Assembly (NCBI GenBank): GCA_963757185.1
Contig: CAVWQI010000003.1
Span: 1 to 64,000, forward strand
Source: an uncultured Gemmatimonadaceae bacterium
Lineage (GTDB): Bacteria > Gemmatimonadota > Gemmatimonadetes > Gemmatimonadales > Gemmatimonadaceae
DNA: 64,000 nucleotides
Reading direction: 5' to 3'
The notes under the pieces were generated by a model, which was not told where the DNA came from, made no database searches, and was given only the letters and a program-made list of their open reading frames with translations. Within the stretch, counting starts at the first letter, position 1. Each line of letters begins with the position of its first letter. Below, piece after piece: positions 38,366 to 47,729 of this stretch. The position numbers and the translations under genes were made by a program.

Positions 38366-41055
38366 TCCTCGCCGAGCATCCCGCCGAGCTTCTCGAGCAC
38401 TTTGCCGAGGTTCGGTTTGTCCTCGAGGACCGGGAGCAGCGGATCGCGCTTCAGACGCTCCATTCGCGCGACAGCGTTCTTGATCGTGAAATCTTTCGGG
38501 TCGAGGTCCTTGTCCACTTCGTCCCAGAGCAGCGGCATCGACACGGTCGCGCCAGGCAGCGGCCGAACGCAGAACGGCGCCACGATCAGTTGGGCGTGTC
38601 GGTTCTGCAGGTAGTCGAGGTACACCTTGTCGCCGCGCTTGCTCACGTGCCGTGTGATCGTCGCGATCGGATCGAGTTCGCGTAGCGCGACGCGCGCGAG
38701 CAGCTCGCCCATCGTCCGACATTGGGCGTACGTGAGCTGCCGGCCGAGCGGAATCATGATGTGGAGACCCGTCTTGCCGGTCGTCTTGATGTAGCTCGGC
38801 AGACCGATGACCTCCGTCAGCGCGCGGAAGACGACGGCGCACTTGATCACGTCCGAGAACGGCGCCTCCTTCGGATCGAGATCGATCACGCACCAATCCG
38901 GCTGCTCCAACGACCCCACTCGGCTGTTCCAGATGTGGATCGGGATCGAGCCGAGATTCGCGACGTAGAGCAAAGACTCGACGTCGTTGGCCACGAAGTA
39001 TCGGATGTCGCGCTGCGTGTCTTCGCTCCAGACCGGTATCGTCTCGATCCACGAGGGGGCGAACTCGGGCGCGTCCTTCTGGTAGAACTGCTTGCCTTCA
39101 ATGCCATCGGGGAATCGCGTCATCACCAGCGGACGGTTGCGCAGATACGGCAGCATCCACGGCGAAATGGCGCGGTAGTAATCGATGAGGTCGCCCTTGG
39201 TGTATTTCTCCTTCGGCCAGTAAACCTTCTTGAGGTTGGAGAAGTTGAACGTCTTCTCGGCCGGCGACGGCTTCGGCGGCGCCGGCGGCTCTTTGACTCG
39301 GGTGGCGGCTGGCATCGTGTCGCTTTCCGGTGCAGGGGTGGTGCCTTGGCGAACGCACTCGCGCGGATCCTTGTCGTAGCGCATCCGCAAGAAGGCGGCG
39401 TGCCGGAGCACGCCGTCAGGCGTCCACTCCCGGAAACGAACCTCGCACACGTTGACCGGCTCGATCCACGTTGTGGTCTTGGTTTCTGGAATCACGGCGG
39501 CGGCTCCATCCGCGCCGACCGGCGGGCCGCACGGCGGCGTCTCGCGGATCATCGACTCGAACATCGATCCGAGCTCATCGAGAAGCGCGTCGTTGAAACC
39601 GGTGCCGACGCGTCCGGAGTAGACGAGCTCTCCGTTCACGAAGTCCGCGAGTTGCAAGGCGCCGAGGTGCGACCGCCCTCCCTTGGGGCTCGTGAAGCCG
39701 ACGATGACGAACTCGTCGCTCTTTTCCGCCTTGATCTTGAGCCAGAGGTCGCTGCGGCCGGCGCGATAGGGAGCGTCGGCGCGCTTCGCCAGAATCCCCT
39801 CGAGCCCCATCTTCTCGACCTGTGCGAGGAACGCCTCGCCTTCGCGGTCGATGTGGTCGAGGGGATGGATCGCGCCAAGCTTGGGCAGCGCGGTCAGGAG
39901 AAGCTCCTTGCGGATCCTGAGCGGCAGCGGCCGGAGATCGAAATCTTCGAACGCGAGAAAGTCGAACGCGAAAAACGTCGCCGGCAGCTCGACCGCGGCG
40001 CGTTTGATCTCCGCCGGATTGTGCAACGTCCCTCGTTTCTGGAGCCTCGCGAAGCTCGGCTTGCCGGCGTCGTCGAGGCACACGACCTCGCCGTCGACGA
40101 TGATCTCGTCGAACGGAAGCGCGTCGAGGGCGCGCGCGACTTCAGGGAAGACGGCCGTATAGTCGTTCCCTTTGCGCGTGACGAGCATCGACTTGCCGTG
40201 CGACTTGCTGGCGATCAAGCGATAGCCGTCGAGCTTTAGCTCGAAGATCCAATCGTCGCGCGTGAACGCCTTCTCGGTCGACTCGGCCAACATCGGCTCG
40301 ACGGTCTTGGGATCGACCCGGTTGTGGGGCGCCTTCACGGCCTCGACGGCCTTGCGCAGATCGGTGACGGGGCTGCGCCCGAGCTTCACTTCGTCGACGG
40401 TCAAGCCGGAGAGAACCGACGTCTCCTCGAACTGGTCGCCGGGCGACTTCACGTACGAGTCGCGCTCCTTGATGAGCAGCCAGTCCTTCTCGCTCTTCTT
40501 CATCTTCACCAGCGTCCAGTTGCCGTGAAGCTTGTAGCCGCGCAGCTCGAAGAGGAGCTTGCCCTTGGCGAGTCCCTCGCGCCAATCCTCGAGCGGGATC
40601 CACTCGCCGCGATCCCACACGATCACGCCGCCCGCGCCGTAGTTGCCCTCGGGAATGACGCCCTCGAAGTCGCCGTATTCGAGCGGGTGATCCTCGACTT
40701 TCACGGCGAGGCGCTTGTCCTTCGTGTCGTAGGACGGCCCTTTCGGCACCGCCCACGAGCGGAGTACCCCGTCCATTTCCAGGCGGAGGTCGAAGTGCAG
40801 CCGGCGGGCGGCATGTTTGTGCACGACGAACAGCCGGCCGGGGACGGCGGACACCATTCCCATCGGCTCGGGGGTCGTGTCCGGCGACCGCTTGGCACGG
40901 TACGCGCTGAGGTTGTCTACCTGGCGCTCGTCGTCGCTACTTGCCGTCACAAAGACATTTCGGTTCGGCGGTGAACCTACGGAGTCACGCGGGGAGCGGC
41001 CAGAACGACGGTCCGGCCCAGGCGTGCTCTTGCGTCGATGCACAATCTCGACCAA
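38362..41055 (-). CDS. ligD: ATP-dependent DNA ligase LigD, three-domain (phosphoesterase-ligase-polymerase)
   Basis: 897 aa with a TTG start. PE domain (TPEP…FVVHKHAARRLHFDLRLEMDGVLRSWAVPKGPS), ligase KxDG motif (FELKLDGYRLIA), and a C-terminal LigD polymerase/primase domain (KVYWPKEKYTKGDLIDYY…). Confidence 0.9.
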   Translation of the reverse strand: MVEIVHRRKSTPGPDRRSGRSPRDSVGSPPNRNVFVTASSDDERQVDNLSAYRAKRSPDTTPEPMGMVSAVPGRLFVVHKHAARRLHFDLRLEMDGVLRSWAVPKGPSYDTKDKRLAVKVEDHPLEYGDFEGVIPEGNYGAGGVIVWDRGEWIPLEDWREGLAKGKLLFELRGYKLHGNWTLVKMKKSEKDWLLIKERDSYVKSPGDQFEETSVLSGLTVDEVKLGRSPVTDLRKAVEAVKAPHNRVDPKTVEPMLAESTEKAFTRDDWIFELKLDGYRLIASKSHGKSMLVTRKGNDYTAVFPEVARALDALPFDEIIVDGEVVCLDDAGKPSFARLQKRGTLHNPAEIKRAAVELPATFFAFDFLAFEDFDLRPLPLRIRKELLLTALPKLGAIHPLDHIDREGEAFLAQVEKMGLEGILAKRADAPYRAGRSDLWLKIKAEKSDEFVIVGFTSPKGGRSHLGALQLADFVNGELVYSGRVGTGFNDALLDELGSMFESMIRETPPCGPPVGADGAAAVIPETKTTTWIEPVNVCEVRFREWTPDGVLRHAAFLRMRYDKDPRECVRQGTTPAPESDTMPAATRVKEPPAPPKPSPAEKTFNFSNLKKVYWPKEKYTKGDLIDYYRAISPWMLPYLRNRPLVMTRFPDGIEGKQFYQKDAPEFAPSWIETIPVWSEDTQRDIRYFVANDVESLLYVANLGSIPIHIWNSRVGSLEQPDWCVIDLDPKEAPFSDVIKCAVVFRALTEVIGLPSYIKTTGKTGLHIMIPLGRQLTYAQCRTMGELLARVALRELDPIATITRHVSKRGDKVYLDYLQNRHAQLIVAPFCVRPLPGATVSMPLLWDEVDKDLDPKDFTIKNAVARMERLKRDPLLPVLEDKPNLGKVLEKLGGMLGED

Positions 41056-41090
41056 CGTCCTCGACCACCCAAGCTCTTTCCCGGATACCT

Positions 41091-41930
41091 ATGCCCGCAC
41101 GCGCAATCGGCACTGCCACCATCTCGTTCGGCCTCGTCTCCGTTCCCGTGAGTCTCTATTCGGCCGCCGAATCGAAGGCCAACATCTCGTTCAACTTGCT
41201 CCACAAGAAGGACGGCGCGCGCCTCAAGCAGCAGTACATCTGCACGAAGGACAACGAGATCGTCACGCGAGACCAGATGGTGAAGGGGTACGAGTTCTCG
41301 AAGGATCAGTACGTCATCCTCACGCCGGAGGAGCTCAAGGCGCTCGAGGAGAAGGCGACGAACACGATCGACATCAGCGAGTTCGTTCCGCTGGCCAAGG
41401 TCGATCGCGAGTACCTCGACAAGACGTACTATCTCGGGCCGGACAAGGGCGGCGATCGTGCCTACCGATTGCTCGTCGCGGCGCTCGAAGAGACCGGCAA
41501 GGCGGCGCTCGGGCAGTATGCGGCGCGCGGTGCGCAGCACCTCGTGCTCCTTCGGCCGCTCAACGGCGTGATGGTGATGGAACAACTCCACTACGCCGAC
41601 GAGCTGCGCCCCACGACCCAGGTCGAGGTTCCGGAGGGAGCGGTGAAGCCCGCGGAGCTCAATCTCGCCAAGCAGCTCATCGAGCAGTCGGCGAGCGACG
41701 ACTTCGTCCCCGAGAAGTACAAGGACACGGTCCGCGAGCGGCAGCTCGAGGCGATCGAAGCGAAGGTCCAGGGTCAGGAGATCACCGAGGAGGCGCCGGC
41801 GGAGCGCGGCGGCAAGATCATCGACCTCATGGAAGCCCTCAAGGCGAGCCTCACCGAGGCGAAGGCGGCGAACAAGGAAGACGAAGAAGAGGAGAAGCCT
41901 CACAAGAAGCGCCGGGCGAAGTCGGCATGA
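41091..41930 (+). CDS. ku: Ku protein (NHEJ DNA end-binding)
   Basis: The ORF runs 40941..41930. An ATG at 41091 gives MPARAIGTATISFGLVSVPVSLYSA, a canonical bacterial Ku N-terminus. The C-terminal tail is Lys/Glu-rich. Confidence 0.9.
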   Translation: MPARAIGTATISFGLVSVPVSLYSAAESKANISFNLLHKKDGARLKQQYICTKDNEIVTRDQMVKGYEFSKDQYVILTPEELKALEEKATNTIDISEFVPLAKVDREYLDKTYYLGPDKGGDRAYRLLVAALEETGKAALGQYAARGAQHLVLLRPLNGVMVMEQLHYADELRPTTQVEVPEGAVKPAELNLAKQLIEQSASDDFVPEKYKDTVRERQLEAIEAKVQGQEITEEAPAERGGKIIDLMEALKASLTEAKAANKEDEEEEKPHKKRRAKSA

Positions 41931-42643
41931 AGCTGCTCGCCGGAACGAGCGGCTTCGCGTTCAAGGAGTGGAAAGGGCCGTTCTACCCGGCTGATCTCAA
42001 AGACGACGCGATGCTCGGCTTCTATGCCGGGCGATTTGCGACCGTCGAGATCAACAACACGTTCTATCGGTTGCCGCGCGAGCACGTCCTGCTGGACTGG
42101 GCGGCGCAGGTGCCGGACTCGTTCACCTTCGCGATCAAGGCCAGCCAGCGCATCACGCACTTCGCGCGGCTCAAACCCGATGCGTCGAGCGCGACGGAGT
42201 TTCTGCTCAAGAACACGTCGGCGCTCGGCGCGCGATTGGGGCCGATTCTCTTCCAGCTTCCGCCGAACCTGAAAATCGACGTCCCGCGACTGCGCGCGTT
42301 CGTCGCCACGCTCCCCAACGATCGCCGGTACACGGTCGAATTTCGGCACGAGAGCTGGTTCGACGACGAGGTCTATGCGGTCCTGCGCGAGCGCGACATT
42401 CCGCTCTGCGTCACCGAGCAGCCGGACTTCGCGTCGCCAATCGTGACCACGGCGAGTTGGGGATACGTGCGGCTGCATCGTCTCGATTACGACGCCCCGC
42501 TGCTCGATGAATGGTGCAGGCGAATCGCGTCGCAACCGTGGAGCGAAGCGTTCGTCTACTTCAAGCACGACGAAGGGATCGGGTCGGGGCCGCCGGCGGT
42601 CGACGCGTTCATCGAATCGTTCGACAAGGCGCCCACCGCGTGA
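41926..42643 (+). CDS. DUF72 (YecE-like) domain protein
   Basis: An ATG at 41926 overlaps the Ku stop (ATGA). Reads MKLLAGTSGFAFKEWKGPFYP…FQLPP…, typical of the DUF72 TIM-barrel family. Confidence 0.8.
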
Positions 42644-42660
42644 AGCGTTAGGGCCCCCCC

Positions 42661-45600
42661 GTGCACGTCCGCGACGGCGAGTTCGCGCTCTACGCGACGG
42701 ATCTCTCGAACTTTCTCGGCTGCCGGCACCGCACGGCGCTCGACATGGGGTTCGCGCTCGGCAAGCGCACTGTCGTCAAATACGAGGACCCGCTGCTCGA
42801 GCTGCTGATTCGACGCGGCCTCGAACACGAGCAGAGATTCGTCGATTCGCTGAGCGCCGGAGCGGCGACCGTCGTGAACGTCCCGCAGGGCGTGCGCGAC
42901 GACGAGCGCGTGGCGACGACTCTCCAGGCGATGCGCCAGGGCGCGGACGTCATCGTCCAAGGCGGCCTTCGCCATGGGGAATGGAACGGCAGACCGGACG
43001 TGATGCTGCGCGTGCCGGCGAGGAGCGGCCTGGGTGACTGGTCGTACGAGGTGTACGACACGAAGCTCGCGCGCGAGACGAAAGCCGGGACGATCCTCCA
43101 GCTTTGCCTCTATTCCGAGCTTCTCGCTTCGGTGCAGGAGGCGAGGCCGGAACATTTCCATGTGATCACTCCGGACTCGGAGACGCCACGGCAGAAATAT
43201 CGCTTCGCCGACTACGCCGCCTACTTCCGACTCGTGCGCCGCCAAATGGGGACGGCGATGTCACTCGGCGACGACCGTCTCGCCGACACGTACTATCCCG
43301 AACCGGTGGACATGTGTGGGGCGTGCCGCTGGAGCTCGACCTGTTCGTCGAAACGCCGAAGCGACGACCACCTGTCGCTCGTTTCCGGGATCTCGCGAGC
43401 GCAGCGGCAGGAGCTGGAGACGCGATCTGTCAGGACCTTGACGCAGCTCGCCGGCTTGCCTGAGGACATCGGGTTCAAGCCGCGTCGCGGTTCGGTCGAG
43501 TCGTACGAGCGAGTTCGCGATCAAGCGCGGCTGCAATTGTCGTCGCGGGATGCGGCCGTGCCGATGTATGAGATGCTCGAGATCGAAGAGGAGTTCGGGC
43601 TCGCGCGGCTCCCCGAGCCGACACCGGGAGACTTGTTCCTCGATCTCGAAGGCGACCCGATGCTGGCCGACCGCGGCCGGGAGTATCTGTTCGGCATCGC
43701 AACGGCCAACGGCGACTACCACGAGCGGTGGGCGTTCACCGACGCCGAGGAGCGCCGCGCGTTCGAGTGGGCGATGGACGTGATCGTCGAACGCATTCGT
43801 GCTCACCCGGACATGCACGTCTACCACTACGCGCCCTACGAGCCGTCGGCGTTCAAGCGCCTCATGGGTCGGTACGCGACGCGGCAGCGAGAGCTCGACG
43901 AGCTGCTGAGGGCGCGCAAATTCGTCGACTTGTACGCCGTCGTCCGCCAGTCCATGCGAGTCGGAATAGAGCGGTATTCGATCAAGAGTCTCGAGCCGCT
44001 ATACGCGTTCACACGCGCCGTGCCGTTGGAGGCGGCGAACAAGAGTCTTCGCGAACTTCAATACGCGCTCGGCGCCGGCGTCCCCGATTCCGTCCCGGAC
44101 GACGTGTGCGCGGCGATCGTCGGTTACAACCGCGACGACTGCGTCTCGACGCGCGCGCTGCGCGACTGGCTCGAGACGTTGCGAGCGCGGGCGATCGCCG
44201 GCGGTGCATCAATCGCGCGGCCGATTCCCGATCCCGCCGGCGCGCCGCCGGACGTCGACGACCGGGCGAAGCGTGTCGAGGAGTTGCGCGGCCGGCTGGT
44301 CGCGGAACTCCCCGAGCTGCGCACCGACCGCGACGACGCTCAGCAAGCGCGCTGGCTCCTCGCCTACATGCTCGACTATCACCGTCGCGAGGACAACGTC
44401 GCCTGGTGGGAATTCTTCCGGCTGGTCGAGATGCCCGAGGAGGATTTGATCGACGAGCGCGCCGCGGTCGCCCGGCTCGAGTTCGTGGAGCGTGTCCGCC
44501 ACATCATGAGCAAGAAAGGCCGGCGCACCGGCTCGGTGATTGATCGGTATCGATATCCCGCGCAGGAAATGGAGATCGAAGCCGGCGACGGCGTTTCCCT
44601 GCAGGACAAGAAGGGATTCGGCAAGGTCGTCGCGGTGGATCGGAAGGCGCGGACGATCGACGTCAAAAAGGGCCCGAGCCGTGCCGAGACGCATCCGACG
44701 GCGATGTTCGAGTTCACGAGCGTCCCCGCCAAGGCGCAGGCGGAGGCCATGCTGCGCATCGGTGACGCGGTTGCCTCCGGTTCAACCGAGTTCGCCGCCG
44801 CGCGCGCGCTGCTCGGCCGCGAACCGCCGCGCTTTCGCGATCCCGCCCTCACGATCGAACGATTCGACCCAGCGAACGATCTCGCGTCGCGACTCGCCGA
44901 CGAGATCGACCAGACGCTCCTCGCGGTTCAAGGTCCGCCCGGCGCCGGCAAGACGTATCTCGCGGCCGAGACGATCTGCCGCCTCGTGCAGCGCGGCAAG
45001 CGCGTCGGCGTGACGGCGACGAGCCACAAGGTGATTCGAAATCTGCTCGACGCCATCGCCGAGGCCGCGAACCGCCTCGGTACGACTGCGTCGCTCGGCC
45101 ACCGCATCGACGATGATGACGTCGACGAGGATGCGCCCGGCGAAGAGCCGGCTCTCAGGCGTTTCGGGAACGCGGAGTCGGCGCGCGAGGCCCTGGCTAA
45201 TCGAGAAGTCTCCGTCGTCGGCGGAACGGCGTGGTTGTGGACGCGTCCCGACCTGACGAACGCCGTCGACGTGCTGTTCGTCGACGAGGCCGGCCAGATG
45301 TCGCTCGCCAACGCGGTCGCCGTGTCGCAGGCCGCGCGCAGTCTCGTGCTGCTCGGCGATCCGCAGCAGCTGGAGCAACCGCGCAAGGGCAGTCACCCCG
45401 ACGGGGTCGACGTATCCGCGCTCGAGCACATTCTCGGCCTCGATCACACGATGCCAAGAGATCGCGGACTCTTTCTCGCGGTCACGCACCGGCTGGCGCC
45501 GAGCATTTGCGACTTCACTTCCGAGGTGTTCTACGACGGCCGACTCCGTCCGCTCACCGGACTGGAGCGGCAGCTGATTTCAGTCTCCGCGGGCGTGCCA

Positions 45601-46101
45601 TCCGTCGGGCTTTCGGTGCTCGATGTCGGGCACGATGGGAATCGCAATCATTCGCCCGAGGAGGTCGAAGCCGTCGCGTCGCTGGTCGAGAAGCTCATCG
45701 CGCCGGGCGCCACGTGGACGGACAAGAAGGGAAACCCGCGACCGCTCGACGGAACTGGCGTGCTGGTGGTCGCGCCGTACAACGCGCACGTCAATCGCCT
45801 GCTCGAGCGACTCGCGGAGATCGACCCGTCCGTGCGCGTCGGAACCGTCGACAAGTTCCAAGGCCAGGAAGCTCCCGTCGTCATTTACTCGATGGCGACG
45901 TCGCGGCCCGAGGACGCGCCGCGAGGGATGGAGTTCCTTTTCAGCTTGAATCGCCTGAACGTCGCGACGTCGCGGGCGCGCTGTCTCGCGGTCCTCGTGG
46001 CCTCGCCGCGCATGTACGAGGCGGAGTGTCGAACGCCACGGCAGATGCAGCTCGCGAACGCGCTCTGCCGGTACCGGGAGATGGCGACGCCTATCGTCTA
46101 G
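42661..46101 (+). CDS. fused RecB-type (TM0106-like) PD-(D/E)xK nuclease / RNase H-like domain / SF1B (Upf1-Dna2-like) DNA helicase
   Basis: 1146 aa with a GTG start 18 nt after the DUF72 stop. The N-terminal nuclease has Cys residues at FLGCRHR and CGACRWSSTC and the motif YEVYDTKLAR. The central part resembles YprB/TM0106 RNase H-like exonuclease. The C-terminal helicase has Walker A GPPGAGKTY, Walker B LFVDEAGQ, LLGDPQQL, VGTVDKFQGQE and LNVATSRAR. Confidence 0.8.
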   Translation: MHVRDGEFALYATDLSNFLGCRHRTALDMGFALGKRTVVKYEDPLLELLIRRGLEHEQRFVDSLSAGAATVVNVPQGVRDDERVATTLQAMRQGADVIVQGGLRHGEWNGRPDVMLRVPARSGLGDWSYEVYDTKLARETKAGTILQLCLYSELLASVQEARPEHFHVITPDSETPRQKYRFADYAAYFRLVRRQMGTAMSLGDDRLADTYYPEPVDMCGACRWSSTCSSKRRSDDHLSLVSGISRAQRQELETRSVRTLTQLAGLPEDIGFKPRRGSVESYERVRDQARLQLSSRDAAVPMYEMLEIEEEFGLARLPEPTPGDLFLDLEGDPMLADRGREYLFGIATANGDYHERWAFTDAEERRAFEWAMDVIVERIRAHPDMHVYHYAPYEPSAFKRLMGRYATRQRELDELLRARKFVDLYAVVRQSMRVGIERYSIKSLEPLYAFTRAVPLEAANKSLRELQYALGAGVPDSVPDDVCAAIVGYNRDDCVSTRALRDWLETLRARAIAGGASIARPIPDPAGAPPDVDDRAKRVEELRGRLVAELPELRTDRDDAQQARWLLAYMLDYHRREDNVAWWEFFRLVEMPEEDLIDERAAVARLEFVERVRHIMSKKGRRTGSVIDRYRYPAQEMEIEAGDGVSLQDKKGFGKVVAVDRKARTIDVKKGPSRAETHPTAMFEFTSVPAKAQAEAMLRIGDAVASGSTEFAAARALLGREPPRFRDPALTIERFDPANDLASRLADEIDQTLLAVQGPPGAGKTYLAAETICRLVQRGKRVGVTATSHKVIRNLLDAIAEAANRLGTTASLGHRIDDDDVDEDAPGEEPALRRFGNAESAREALANREVSVVGGTAWLWTRPDLTNAVDVLFVDEAGQMSLANAVAVSQAARSLVLLGDPQQLEQPRKGSHPDGVDVSALEHILGLDHTMPRDRGLFLAVTHRLAPSICDFTSEVFYDGRLRPLTGLERQLISVSAGVPSVGLSVLDVGHDGNRNHSPEEVEAVASLVEKLIAPGATWTDKKGNPRPLDGTGVLVVAPYNAHVNRLLERLAEIDPSVRVGTVDKFQGQEAPVVIYSMATSRPEDAPRGMEFLFSLNRLNVATSRARCLAVLVASPRMYEAECRTPRQMQLANALCRYREMATPIV

Positions 46102-46129
46102 CCCCGAGCGATGTCGCGGGGGGGGCGAT

Positions 46130-47038
46130 CTACCGCGGGGGTGTCGCTCGCGGGTGAGCCACGAAGAAAGCCCACGCGATCTGCGTCGCATCGAGCGCGT
46201 TGCTCGGTGCGTCGAGGATCCGCGACATGCGCTCCCCGCCGGGCCACGCGTGCCCGCCGCTTTCGATCTTGTACAGCTCGACGGCGGTGCCATCGGCGCA
46301 GGGGGACCACGTGCTATGCGTCACGCCGTCGCGTGAAGAGGTGAGCGCCGCGACGGGGCAACGGTCGAATTTCTTCCAGGAATCGACGGCGAACGACACC
46401 GGACGCACGTCGTGCTTGTCGAGTGCCTTTCTGCCGACGCCGCCGTCGTACGGAAGATTCTCGTCGGCCGTTCCATGGATGATCAGCACCGATACCGGGC
46501 GCGACGGATTGCAGTCCATCGACAGCTCGCCGGAGACGACCGCGATCGCGGCGATCCGGTCGGCGAGCCGGCAGGCCACGAGGTACGACATCATGCCGCC
46601 GTTCGAGAGGCCCGTCGCGTAGATGCGGCTTCGGTCGATCGGGTAGGTGTGCTCCAGCGTGTCGAGAAGCGCGCGAACGAACGCGGCTTCATCGATGTTC
46701 GCCGCCTTCGCGTAGCCGCAGCAACTTCCGGTGTTCCACGTCAGCAGCCGCTCGTTGGTGAACCGCCCGCTGCCGGCCGGATACACGACGATGGCCCCGA
46801 CTTTCGCGCCCAGCGTCGAGAAGCCGCTTTGGGTTCGCGCACCAACCGGCGAACCTCCGCCGCCGTGGAAGTTCAGCACGAGCGGCAACGGGCCGCGCGC
46901 CGCGTAGCGAGGCGGAAGGTCGACCAGATAACTGCGATCGCGTCCGCCGACCTCGAGATGGCGTTCGACGGATGCAACCTGCCCCTCCACGAACGCCCAG
47001 GGCAGGGTGAGAATCAGCGCGACGAGCGCGCGGCTCAT
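46130..47038 (-). CDS. polyhydroxybutyrate depolymerase-like esterase (alpha/beta hydrolase)
   Basis: The ORF runs 46130..47146. The likely start at 47038 gives the signal MSRALVALILTLPWAFVEGQ. It has the GLSNGG nucleophile elbow and PHB-depolymerase (LpqC-like) organisation. Confidence 0.75.
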   Translation of the reverse strand: MSRALVALILTLPWAFVEGQVASVERHLEVGGRDRSYLVDLPPRYAARGPLPLVLNFHGGGGSPVGARTQSGFSTLGAKVGAIVVYPAGSGRFTNERLLTWNTGSCCGYAKAANIDEAAFVRALLDTLEHTYPIDRSRIYATGLSNGGMMSYLVACRLADRIAAIAVVSGELSMDCNPSRPVSVLIIHGTADENLPYDGGVGRKALDKHDVRPVSFAVDSWKKFDRCPVAALTSSRDGVTHSTWSPCADGTAVELYKIESGGHAWPGGERMSRILDAPSNALDATQIAWAFFVAHPRATPPR

Positions 47039-47039
47039 T

Positions 47040-47681
47040 TCACTTGACGATGCGGGCGGTCTTGATCGCGTCGAGCTTTGGGAAAGTCCGGTCGAGATAC
47101 GAGTTCCCGAGATTGCTGATGGACGTCTGATCGGGCGTCTCGCCATAGCCGCTGTACAGCGAATCGACCACCGGCATTCCTTGGACGACCACGCCGATCG
47201 GAGCGAAGCCCGCGCGATCGAGCGGCGCGTTGTCCTTCAAGTTGAAGAACATCTGGTGGCTGCGTGTGTTCGGCACGCTCATCGCGGCGAAAGTCAGCGT
47301 GCCTTTCGCGTTCGTATGCCGAACCGAGTCGTCGGGGATTCGCTTCCCGTCCCACGGGTCGTTCCGCTTCGGATCGCCGTTCAATCCGAACTGTGCGACG
47401 AATCCCGGAACGACGCGAAAGAATTTCTCGCCGTCGAAGAATCGCTGCCCGACGAGCTCGTAGAATCGATCCGCGCCCGCTGGCGCCCACGCGCGGTTCA
47501 CCTGAACGACGAAATTCCCCCGGGTCGTCTCGAACGCGACGCGGAACGAATCCGGCGCCGACCTCCCCGTGTCCACCGCGACCTTCACTGCTGCGGCACT
47601 ATTCCCCGCGGCGGCGCTATTTCCCGCGGCCGGCGCCTTCTCACCGCCGCCGCATGCGACCGCCAGCACGGCCACCGTCAT
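47040..47681 (-). CDS. cyclophilin-type peptidyl-prolyl cis-trans isomerase lipoprotein
   Basis: The ORF runs 47040..47777. The real start is MTVAVLAVACGG at 47681. Cyclophilin motifs (FHRVVPGFVAQFG, KGTLTFAAMS). An 18-bp tandem duplication encodes AAGNSAAAGNSAAA in the linker. Confidence 0.85.
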   Translation of the reverse strand: MTVAVLAVACGGGEKAPAAGNSAAAGNSAAAVKVAVDTGRSAPDSFRVAFETTRGNFVVQVNRAWAPAGADRFYELVGQRFFDGEKFFRVVPGFVAQFGLNGDPKRNDPWDGKRIPDDSVRHTNAKGTLTFAAMSVPNTRSHQMFFNLKDNAPLDRAGFAPIGVVVQGMPVVDSLYSGYGETPDQTSISNLGNSYLDRTFPKLDAIKTARIVK

Positions 47682-47691
47682 CGTCGTTAGT

Positions 47692-47729
47692 CCCGTCCAC
47701 CGGTCCACCGGTCCACCGGTCCACCGTCT
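47692..47729 (-). repeat. (CGGTGGAC)n octamer repeat, about 4.5 units
   Basis: The plus strand reads CCGTCCACCGGTCCACCGGTCCACCGGTCCACCGTC. It ends 10 nt before the cyclophilin ATG (on the minus strand) and abuts the stop codon of the upstream amidohydrolase gene. Confidence 0.9.

Noticed and set aside
38722-40239. 505-aa plus-strand ORF inside ligD
   Set aside because: It is antisense to LigD, which has complete PE/ligase/polymerase motifs.
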